From a virus (taxonomy: Duplodnaviria; Caudoviricetes), in the IMG/VR virus record IMGVR_UViG_3300037044_000270, positions 1 to 33,370 of that record: DNA of 33,370 nt; one strand, written 5' to 3'. The notes beneath the pieces were generated by a model. That model made no database searches, was not told the DNA's origin, and saw only the letters and a program-made list of their open reading frames with translations. Position 1 is the first letter of the stretch, and every line of letters starts with the position of its first letter. Positions 16,109-23,721 of the stretch are shown in pieces. A program made the position numbers and the translations under genes.

Positions 16109-17715
16109 GCTATTGCGGATTACAGGCAAAAATTGCAACCACGCATGAACAAACCGAGCAGCGCAGTGATGTGACTCAACAGCTGCGATATGCCAGTCCG
16201 GGTTACCAGAATCAAACCAAAATTGATGTGAGTCCTGCAGCTGCACTGACGTTTGGTGCCTTTTACGGTGGTGTGAGACTACTCACGCAGTGTCAGGCAT
16301 CATTACCGATGGATCTCTATGAGCGTAAAGGCACCGGTCTCGCTGATGTTAAAGTGCATGAGCATCCTGTCAGCTATTTGCTGCAAAGAGAACCGAACAC
16401 CTATCAGACGCCGGTCCTGTTTCGCGAACAGCGTAAGATTGGTGAATATCTCTGGGGTGACTCATTTGCAGAACAACGCTTTGTCAACGGTATTGTTGCT
16501 GACCTGCAGTGTCATCAATCAAAGAACGTGCAACCATTCTGGTCTCCGACCCGTAGAGATCGATTTGGACGGCCCATATTGATGTACCAGATTTGGGACG
16601 AGTTTACCAAAGAATATCGAATCATCGACAGCTCTATGATGATCCATGTGCCTTACTTTGGATTCAACGGGATTACAGGCACATCCGTTGTAAAGCTCGG
16701 TGCACAAGCACTTGGAATAGGAATATCGACCGACAGAACTGCAGCTACTTTTTTTGGCAACTCTGCGCGACCATATTTATTTGTTGAGGCTCCCAATGGA
16801 CTGACTGATGATCAGGCCGAACGTCTCAAAAGAGATCTGAGACAATCCTACACTGGAGATAGTGCATACTCATCGATGGTGCTTGAGAATGGCATGAAAG
16901 CCACTTATGCAAATATGCCACTCAAGGATGCTCAGTTTCTGGAATCGCGGAAATTCTCAGGTGAGGAAATTGCTGCTCGATGGCTCGGTTTGCCTCCGCA
17001 CCTGGCTGGTTACCTCGATCAATCGAATTACGCCACGATGTCCGAACAGAATCGTGCTTTTGTGATGTTCCGTTTGACCCCGGAGTGCATCCGGGATGAG
17101 CAGGAATTGAATCGCAAGTTGTTATCTCGAGATGAACGAGAACGGTTCTACATCAAGTACTCAGTGGACGGTCTCCTGCGTGGAACCCAGAAAGATCGGT
17201 ACGAGGCACATCGCAATGCCTTGATGAGCGGATGGAAGACGATCAATGAAGTACGGGAACTGGAAGACTTGCCACCACTCCCTGGTGGCGACGAGCTCGC
17301 CAAGCCAGCTGCAGTCTATGGGCAACCGACGGACGATCCCCAACCAACCGAAGATGACCCGAAGCCGGAAGACAAGAAACCGGAAACTGAAAAGAAAAGT
17401 TCCATCAATCTGCGTTCATTAGTGCAACAGACCATTGAGTCACAGGCTACCGCAGAACGAATCTGGATAGAGAGAATGAAGCTCGGACACGATTCCATGA
17501 TCCGCGCTCGAGAGTATTACGAGCAACAGATCTCCAAGCTGATTGATCGTATTCCCGGCAGCAACCCGGAAACGATCCGCCGGTATTACGAACGGCATCT
17601 TGCTGATGTCAACATCTGTCTCTGCCAGAAAGAAACTAAATCCGAACTCATGCTGGCAGCTGAGGGTTGGAAAACAGAGACATCCAAACTTGCTGATGAA
17701 CTTTTAGGAGTCTGA
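16105..17715 (+). CDS. Portal protein, HK97 family, with C-terminal extension
   Basis: HP...LL...PN..QT, DAQFLESRKF, G.PPHLAG, LLRG, TINEVRELEDLPPLPGGD. Confidence 0.97.
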   Translation: MSYCGLQAKIATTHEQTEQRSDVTQQLRYASPGYQNQTKIDVSPAAALTFGAFYGGVRLLTQCQASLPMDLYERKGTGLADVKVHEHPVSYLLQREPNTYQTPVLFREQRKIGEYLWGDSFAEQRFVNGIVADLQCHQSKNVQPFWSPTRRDRFGRPILMYQIWDEFTKEYRIIDSSMMIHVPYFGFNGITGTSVVKLGAQALGIGISTDRTAATFFGNSARPYLFVEAPNGLTDDQAERLKRDLRQSYTGDSAYSSMVLENGMKATYANMPLKDAQFLESRKFSGEEIAARWLGLPPHLAGYLDQSNYATMSEQNRAFVMFRLTPECIRDEQELNRKLLSRDERERFYIKYSVDGLLRGTQKDRYEAHRNALMSGWKTINEVRELEDLPPLPGGDELAKPAAVYGQPTDDPQPTEDDPKPEDKKPETEKKSSINLRSLVQQTIESQATAERIWIERMKLGHDSMIRAREYYEQQISKLIDRIPGSNPETIRRYYERHLADVNICLCQKETKSELMLAAEGWKTETSKLADELLGV

Positions 17716-17717
17716 CC

Positions 17718-18365
17718 ATGGTCGAACGTCGCTTCAACAAACAACTGATTAACTTGCGGGCCGCTGATAATCCGGAGGAAGAATCCCGGATCGTTGATGG
17801 CTATGCCGCTGTGTATTTTGATCCGAACAATGCCGGGACTGAATACCTGATGCAATTCGGTTCGTGGACCATCCGGGAACGGATCCTGCCAGGGGCTTTT
17901 GATGGTGTGCTGGGAGGCGACACGTATTGCCTGTTCAATCATGACGCCTCCGCGATCCTCGGCAACACGTCCGCCAGAACTTGCACGCTGTCACTGGATG
18001 AGCGTGGACTGTTTTTTGTCTGCAATCTGCCAGATACCACTCTGGGTGAGGATGTCCGGAAACTGGTCAAACGGGGTGACATACGAGGATGTTCATTCGC
18101 CTTCGATGTGCAGGAGGATGCTTTTGTTGAAGACCGGGAGAACAAGGTCGCTATCCGGGAGATTCGCAAAATCTCCGCGTTGTATGACGTGGGGCCTGTG
18201 ACATATCCAGCCTATACCGGCACCAGCGTGCAAGGTCGGTCACTGGAGCAATCCAATGCAAATCTGCAGCAACGAGTCGAACAGATGGAAGCTGATTTGC
18301 AACGGCAAAATCAGCTCCGCAATCGCATCCTGACGGATCGTCTGCAACGCATGTCATCAGTGTAA
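17718..18365 (+). CDS. Prohead protease, HK97 family
   Basis: GYAAVY, ERILPGAF, LFNHD, RGDI.GCSFAF, LYDVGPVTYPAY. Confidence 0.96.
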   Translation: MVERRFNKQLINLRAADNPEEESRIVDGYAAVYFDPNNAGTEYLMQFGSWTIRERILPGAFDGVLGGDTYCLFNHDASAILGNTSARTCTLSLDERGLFFVCNLPDTTLGEDVRKLVKRGDIRGCSFAFDVQEDAFVEDRENKVAIREIRKISALYDVGPVTYPAYTGTSVQGRSLEQSNANLQQRVEQMEADLQRQNQLRNRILTDRLQRMSSV

Positions 18366-18367
18366 CA

Positions 18368-18404
18368 GATCGTTCAGACGATCGCATTATCCGCGTTCAG
18401 ACGC
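18368..18404 (+). repeat. Two tandem hairpins with identical CGT-TCAG-ACG core in the capsid leader
   Basis: GATCGT-TCAG-ACGATC (18368-18383) and GCGT-TCAG-ACGC (18393-18404). Confidence 0.7.
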
Positions 18405-18442
18405 AGTTCAAATCAGAATCAAACAATTATCGGGAGTCTTAA

Positions 18443-19816
18443 ATGACAATCGCCGCATTGGATCTCAAGAGTCAGATTAACGCCAGCACGATGACAGATC
18501 GTGAACTGGCGGAAGGCCAAGCTGCTTGTGGAGCTCGTGCCCGTGAGATCGCACAAATTCCAGCCAAAGACAAACGCAGCTTGACGGCTGCAGAAATGGA
18601 TGAAGCTGACAACTTCATGAATCGATCCGACCTGTTGGGTCAGGAAATCGAGAACCGCAAGCGTCAATCCAAACTCATGACGCGAGCCAATATTATGGAG
18701 CAAGGCGGGCAACTCATTCCGACCAGTGGTACTGAAGATCCTCAGGATCCAGTCAACAATCCTGATCCGGGCAAATATTCCGTGATGCGGGCGATTGACT
18801 GCATTGCCAGTAATCGTCGCGTGGATGGCTACGAAGGGGAAATCTCTCAGGAAATCGCCAAACGTATGGGACGTAGTTCTCGTGGTTTCTTCATGCCGAT
18901 GAATCTGCGGATGCGAGCTGGTGGCCCTGAAAAACGTGCCGACATGAACGGAACCGCAGCTGCTGGCCTGATCCAGAATGTGTACGATCCGACTGTGTTG
19001 GACTATTTGCGGCATCGCCGCATCCTGTCACTGTGGGGGGCAACTGTACTCAGTGATCTGGTCGGCGTGTTCAAGATGCCGCGTAAGACCGGCACTTCGG
19101 GTGCCTACTGGGTCAGCTCTGGTTCCAACGTGACGCAGACGACCATGACGACCGATGTGATGACGATGCAAGCCAGCACTTGTGGAGCATCAACTCGATT
19201 GCTGCGTGAGACACTCACGCAACCGTCATACGATGTGGAAACCTTGGTCCGTCAGGATCTGTTCGACACCCTCGGATTGGAACTTGATCGCGTGGGTCTG
19301 AACGGCTCTGGTGTTGGAGCTCAGCCGGAAGGTCTGGCCGTTGCCAGCAACGTGCCGACGCACGCAATAGGCGACGATGGGGGTGACCCATCACGCAACC
19401 TCTTGATCACGCTGGAAAGCATGGTGGAAACCGCCAACGCTGATTTTGGCAACCTGAAGTATGTGACCTCGGCTCGCGGTAAAGCGATGCTGAAGTCCAA
19501 GCAGGTTGTTTCAGGGGTGGCAGCCTTCCTCTGGTCCGATATGAATGACGTGAACGGATACAAAGGATTGGCGACGAACCACATCCCAAGCAACATCACC
19601 AAGGGGGATGGGCAAAACCTCACGCAACTGTTCTTTGGCAACGGCGAAGACATCCTCTTGGGGCTCTGGGGCGCGGCTGATGTGATCGTTGATCCATTCA
19701 GCGAATCGAAGTCCGGAACCATCAATGTCACTGTGCTGCAGGATGCTGATGTGGGTTTCCGCCGCTTGGCATCGTTCGCCCGCTGTCTCGATATGGCGAC
19801 AACTTTGCCAGCATGA
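18443..19816 (+). CDS. Major capsid protein, HK97 fold
   Basis: Position after the protease; helical N-terminal delta domain; AYWV, LDRV.LNGSG...QPEG, VDPFS...G, D.GFRR..SF. Confidence 0.95.
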   Translation: MTIAALDLKSQINASTMTDRELAEGQAACGARAREIAQIPAKDKRSLTAAEMDEADNFMNRSDLLGQEIENRKRQSKLMTRANIMEQGGQLIPTSGTEDPQDPVNNPDPGKYSVMRAIDCIASNRRVDGYEGEISQEIAKRMGRSSRGFFMPMNLRMRAGGPEKRADMNGTAAAGLIQNVYDPTVLDYLRHRRILSLWGATVLSDLVGVFKMPRKTGTSGAYWVSSGSNVTQTTMTTDVMTMQASTCGASTRLLRETLTQPSYDVETLVRQDLFDTLGLELDRVGLNGSGVGAQPEGLAVASNVPTHAIGDDGGDPSRNLLITLESMVETANADFGNLKYVTSARGKAMLKSKQVVSGVAAFLWSDMNDVNGYKGLATNHIPSNITKGDGQNLTQLFFGNGEDILLGLWGAADVIVDPFSESKSGTINVTVLQDADVGFRRLASFARCLDMATTLPA

Positions 19817-19855
19817 TCTGCTGACAATGGTGTGAGCTCAAATGAAGGATAACCA

Positions 19856-19888
19856 GCCCAGGCGAGACGGACTCGCCTGGGCATTTTT
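19856..19888 (+). terminator. Intrinsic terminator after the capsid gene, ACGGA loop
   Basis: Perfect 11-bp stem GCCCAGGCGAG/CTCGCCTGGGC followed by ATTTTT. Confidence 0.85.
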
Positions 19889-19916
19889 GAATCAACTATA
19901 TCCCTTGAGGTGAATC

Positions 19917-20267
19917 ATGCTTATTAAATTGTTGGTGGCTCGTCTGTTTGAAAACCGTGTCCATCCCATTGGAGCCTTAATTGATGTGGACAATGACACC
20001 GCTAAACGGTGGATCAAATCTGATCTGGCAGAAATTGCGGGTGAAAACCCGGTCAAAGAACCTGCAGACAGTGTCACTCCACCTGTGAAAACTGGTGATT
20101 CCATTGATGAACTCGACTTGCCCCCACGTGTGATTGAGCTGCTTAAAGAAAACAGCATTGCAACGATCACTGATTTGTTGAAAGTCGAACATTTTGAAGA
20201 TCTCGAAGGTATCGGTAAGGCCATTGCTGCCAGTATCCGAGCTGCCATCGCTGATCGTATTGCGTGA
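19917..20267 (+). CDS. Small protein with C-terminal RNAP alpha-CTD-like/HhH domain
   Basis: IDELDLPPRVIELLKENSIATITDLL...LEGIGKAIAASI. Confidence 0.75.
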   Translation: MLIKLLVARLFENRVHPIGALIDVDNDTAKRWIKSDLAEIAGENPVKEPADSVTPPVKTGDSIDELDLPPRVIELLKENSIATITDLLKVEHFEDLEGIGKAIAASIRAAIADRIA

Positions 20268-20280
20268 AGACTGGTGAAAC

Positions 20281-20850
20281 ATGGGCTTGCGTGTCATTGA
20301 TCAATCCACCGCACCATTGATTGACCTGGATGTGGTCAAATCACATCTGAGGATTGACATCAATGATGAGGACGCATATCTGACGGCTCTGGCCATGACG
20401 GTTATCCGTCAGGCCCAGGTTATTACCAATCGGCAAATCATTCCCGCAACGCTGGAGCTCACCTTGGATGAGTTCCCATTCACTGAACGCATCTATTTGC
20501 CACGTCCGCCATCCGTTGCTGTGGAATCCATTCAATATCGAGATCAGGCTGGCCAATATCAGACGATTAGCGAGTCGGATTACATCATAGATCCGATCAG
20601 TGCACCGGCGCGGATAGTACCACGCAATGGGTGGCCAGCGACCAGCTCCGACATCATGTCGGTTATTATCACTTATCAGGCGGGGTATGAGATTCTTCCC
20701 CCTGATCTCGCTCACCAGCTGCTGCTGTGTATCGGCACCTATTATCAGGAACGTGAACTGCTCGGAAATGAGCGGACAAAATTGATCATGCAATCTCTGC
20801 TGGCTGATTATCGGATCACGGATTCCCGCATTGGAGGATTCAGTCTGTGA
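20281..20850 (+). CDS. Head-tail connector (gp6/gp15-like adaptor)
   Basis: LDVVKSHLRID...ED.YL..L, ITYQAGY, P.DL...LL...GTYYQERE. Confidence 0.93.
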   Translation: MGLRVIDQSTAPLIDLDVVKSHLRIDINDEDAYLTALAMTVIRQAQVITNRQIIPATLELTLDEFPFTERIYLPRPPSVAVESIQYRDQAGQYQTISESDYIIDPISAPARIVPRNGWPATSSDIMSVIITYQAGYEILPPDLAHQLLLCIGTYYQERELLGNERTKLIMQSLLADYRITDSRIGGFSL

Positions 20851-21191
20851 CCATCAATGCTGGAAAATTGCGGGAACGTGTCACTCTGCTACGACTGGTT
20901 CTGGTTGATCCGAACGACGAGGATGACTATGGGCAGAAAGATGCACAATGGACATCTTTGGGAGGTTTCTGGGCGGGTGTAGATAGCAAACCTAAAGATG
21001 AGGCCTTCGAGAGCCAGCAGCAGCAAAGCGGCAACAATATCACTGTCACATTGCGACAGGGAGCAATCACTCGTTCGCTCACCGTGGCAGATCGTCTCAT
21101 GTGGCAGGGTCAGGAATATGAGATTGGATCGGTGGATATTGATCGTGAGTCACGTGATGCAGTGATTATTGAGGCGTCCCATGGTGCTTGA
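20847..21191 (+). CDS. Head closure protein (SPP1 gp16-like)
   Basis: AGKLRERVTL, D.YG....W, WA.V, RL.WQG..YEI. Confidence 0.9.
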   Translation: MTINAGKLRERVTLLRLVLVDPNDEDDYGQKDAQWTSLGGFWAGVDSKPKDEAFESQQQQSGNNITVTLRQGAITRSLTVADRLMWQGQEYEIGSVDIDRESRDAVIIEASHGA

Positions 21192-21699
21192 TTGCACAGG
21201 ATTAACAGTCACGCTGGTGAAAGCCATGACGCAGCTCAAGGATCCCAAAACCGTCGACAAGATCACGATGTCCGCGATCAATGCTGGTGCCAGCAAAGTC
21301 GTATCCGGTATCCGCAAAGAAGTGAAGCCTGCCAAAAAAGGTGGGGATGTCAAGCAAATCAAGAAAGCTGTGGGTAAGCGAAATCTGAAACGCAAAGCTA
21401 TGAAAGCTGGATATGCATTTGCAAAGGCTGGTTTTGGCGTGGGCAAAAAGCGAGGAACTTATGCACCACAGTCCCATATTTTAGCGGCAGGGTCTAAGAA
21501 ACGCTTTCGTAAAAAAATCAAGACATCCACAGGGAAAGTTGTATCCGGAAAATTTGCAACGGGATCGATTCAGAAAAGTGGTGCTGTTCAACGAGGTGTG
21601 CAGGCATCCCGCGCCGCATCACTCGCGGCCACCGAGAAAAAAGCCAAACAAGTCTTAGCGAGAGAAGTCGCCAAGGTCCGGATCAAAGGTAAAAAATGA
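21181..21699 (+). CDS. Basic neck/tail-completion protein (HK97 gp10-like position)
   Basis: Synteny between head closure and tail terminator; Lys/Arg/Ala-rich. Confidence 0.7.
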   Translation: MVLDCTGLTVTLVKAMTQLKDPKTVDKITMSAINAGASKVVSGIRKEVKPAKKGGDVKQIKKAVGKRNLKRKAMKAGYAFAKAGFGVGKKRGTYAPQSHILAAGSKKRFRKKIKTSTGKVVSGKFATGSIQKSGAVQRGVQASRAASLAATEKKAKQVLAREVAKVRIKGKK

Positions 21700-22109
21700 C
21701 AGAGAAATTCATCGACAAAGCCTTGCTCTCAATTCTCCGTAGCATTTCCAATGTGACGGCCCAGGTGGGGGACCGGATCCGGGTCGACAAGCTGGAACAA
21801 GGGGACACGCTTCCAAACATTGTGATTGAACTGACGGACGATCAGGGTGAATCCGATCTGGAATCAAGCTTTGGAGGAGGTCGAATTGCCACCATCAGCA
21901 TTCGGGTGCGAGCAGATAAACGAGCTGCCGCCAACCGTATTGCTGCAACGATCTCAGGGTATCTGGATAGCCTGCTCGAGGAGCAGGTCGACAACATTGT
22001 GATCGAAGCTGTCGACTTTGGAAGTGACAGCAATGAGATTGAACCGGAAGACGATAGCGATCTCCCGGGATATGTCCGACCGTTTGAAATCACCGTCTTT
22101 TATCACTGA
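21696..22109 (+). CDS. Tail terminator (DUF3168-like)
   Basis: V...VGDRI....L.QG..LP.IV pattern; acidic; directly before the tail tube. Confidence 0.8.
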   Translation: MTEKFIDKALLSILRSISNVTAQVGDRIRVDKLEQGDTLPNIVIELTDDQGESDLESSFGGGRIATISIRVRADKRAAANRIAATISGYLDSLLEEQVDNIVIEAVDFGSDSNEIEPEDDSDLPGYVRPFEITVFYH

Positions 22110-22117
22110 GGACACCC

Positions 22118-22531
22118 ATGCCAAAGAACAGTAAGGGGACGACCCTGTTAGTTGCCGTCGCAACCGTCCTGACTCCGATTTCCCATGTGCTGAATGTCGA
22201 TGGTCCGAACCCGGAAACCCAGTATGTGGATGATACGCACCTGGAATCGGATCATGTCGAAGATGGGGAATTAGCAGGTTTATCCACGGTAGGAGAAGTC
22301 AGTGCAGAAATTCTGTACGACTGGACCAACACCGTTCACAAGCAGCTGATCACGGATGTCATTTCTGGAGGGGTGATTCGTGATTTCAAGATTGGATTTC
22401 CACCCGATGGTGAAGACGGATACGAATTCGAGGGGTCGGTCAAATCATGTCCCGTCAAGTTCGCCAGCAAGGAACGTGTAAAAGCCAGTTTGTCGATCAA
22501 GCTCCGGACCCATGCTGAATTGACGACATGA
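22118..22531 (+). CDS. Major tail tube protein
   Basis: KGTTL, VDDTHLES, GL...GEVS.EI.YD, FKI.FP, YEFEG.V. Confidence 0.85.
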   Translation: MPKNSKGTTLLVAVATVLTPISHVLNVDGPNPETQYVDDTHLESDHVEDGELAGLSTVGEVSAEILYDWTNTVHKQLITDVISGGVIRDFKIGFPPDGEDGYEFEGSVKSCPVKFASKERVKASLSIKLRTHAELTT

Positions 22532-22591
22532 TCAATTTGAAATTTTAATACTTAAAATCCTATTTATAGATGACGATTGGAAGAGGATTCC

Positions 22592-22927
22592 ATGAAAGTT
22601 GAACTCATCAAAGAGGCTGTCGCACTTAATCCGGATTTCGATCCCGACAAACCAAAATCCACGACCAACAGAAAATATCGTATGTTGCCAGTGGGGACGA
22701 TGATCGAAGATCCGGAAGCGTGGCTACTCTGTCTGGATTCTCGTATCCCGGACATGCAGGACAATAGCAAGACTGTCGTTCACGCTGCAAAAGCTAAACC
22801 CATCGATGATGAAGCTGTTCAAAAGGTGGAGTATGAAAAGGCGCAGCAAGAACGCAAATACAAGCTGGCTCGCAAAGGGAAAATCACGCTCCCGGAAGCG
22901 AAGTCAGAAACCAAACCCAAAAAGTGA
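22592..22927 (+). CDS. Hypothetical tail-region protein
   Basis: ATG 22592 after GAGGA; LPVGT.IEDPEAWLL...AKPID motif. Confidence 0.75.
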   Translation: MKVELIKEAVALNPDFDPDKPKSTTNRKYRMLPVGTMIEDPEAWLLCLDSRIPDMQDNSKTVVHAAKAKPIDDEAVQKVEYEKAQQERKYKLARKGKITLPEAKSETKPKK

Positions 22928-23014
22928 CGATCGTTCCAGCTGGTATCTGATCATCATCACACAAATCGTTATTCCTCTTATTGCATTGATTTTCAAATGG
23001 AGAAGTCGACACCA

Positions 23015-23434
23015 ATGACCACTGTTGTGAAGCCTGCCAGTACACCCAAAATCATGGGCAAAAGTGACATTACCAGTCATAACAAAATCCGTTTTGATAA
23101 TTATGACTTCGATGGTTATGGAACATTCCGCTTTCGTTCGCTCACTGAAAAAGAAGCATCGCAGTTTGAACGATCCATGCTCAACTCGAAGTGTGAGGTG
23201 GATCCACGCCGGGCGGTGGAAGCCCGTCGCCGTTTGATTATCCTTTCCTCGGTGGATGGCAATAATGCTCAAAACTTTCGGCAAACGAAAGAAGATTTCG
23301 AGCTGCTCGAACAGATGGACCGTCGGCTGACAGGTTTGATGGCTGAAGCCGCGGAAAAGACGACCGGGATCAAGATCGACAAGGAAGCCGTTGTAAAAAA
23401 CTCCGACGAGACCACCGCCGACGCCAGCACATGA
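23015..23434 (+). CDS. Tail assembly chaperone (lambda gpG-like)
   Basis: Position before the tape measure; ends ...VKN over the slippery site AAAAAAC. Confidence 0.85.
   Translation: MTTVVKPASTPKIMGKSDITSHNKIRFDNYDFDGYGTFRFRSLTEKEASQFERSMLNSKCEVDPRRAVEARRRLIILSSVDGNNAQNFRQTKEDFELLEQMDRRLTGLMAEAAEKTTGIKIDKEAVVKNSDETTADAST
23395..23401 (+). other. Programmed -1 frameshift site A AAA AAC
   Basis: The -1 frame is open (KKLRRDHRRRQH) and joins the ORF at 23431 in frame. Confidence 0.85.
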
Positions 23435-23718
23435 GGTTGGCACTCGCCCTGGGGCGTCTCGACGTTGATGCCATGCTCGATGAGATGACACCCTTGGAAG
23501 CTGCGGAATGGTCTGCTTACTTTGACATGGAACCGGTCGGATTTTTTGCCGACCGGCAACTCTTCATCCGGTTGTCTCAGCTCATTGCCTCGGTGAATGG
23601 CAACGACATCACTCATGGTGAGATCGAAAGACTGTTTGCCTTGCCAGGTGAAGAGATTCCGGACGAGGTCGAGGATAGCACCACAATCATGGCAAAACTG
23701 GCATCGATCCTGAGATAG
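23431..23718 (+). CDS. Tail chaperone frameshift extension (gpT-like)
   Basis: LALALG....ML..M...E..EW.AYF..EP.G motif. Confidence 0.85.
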   Translation: MRLALALGRLDVDAMLDEMTPLEAAEWSAYFDMEPVGFFADRQLFIRLSQLIASVNGNDITHGEIERLFALPGEEIPDEVEDSTTIMAKLASILR

Positions 23719-23721
23719 ATC

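Noticed and set aside
18419-23491. Long antisense ORFs opposite capsid, neck and chaperone genes
   Set aside because: Shadow frames of well-supported plus-strand genes, with no motifs or RBS.
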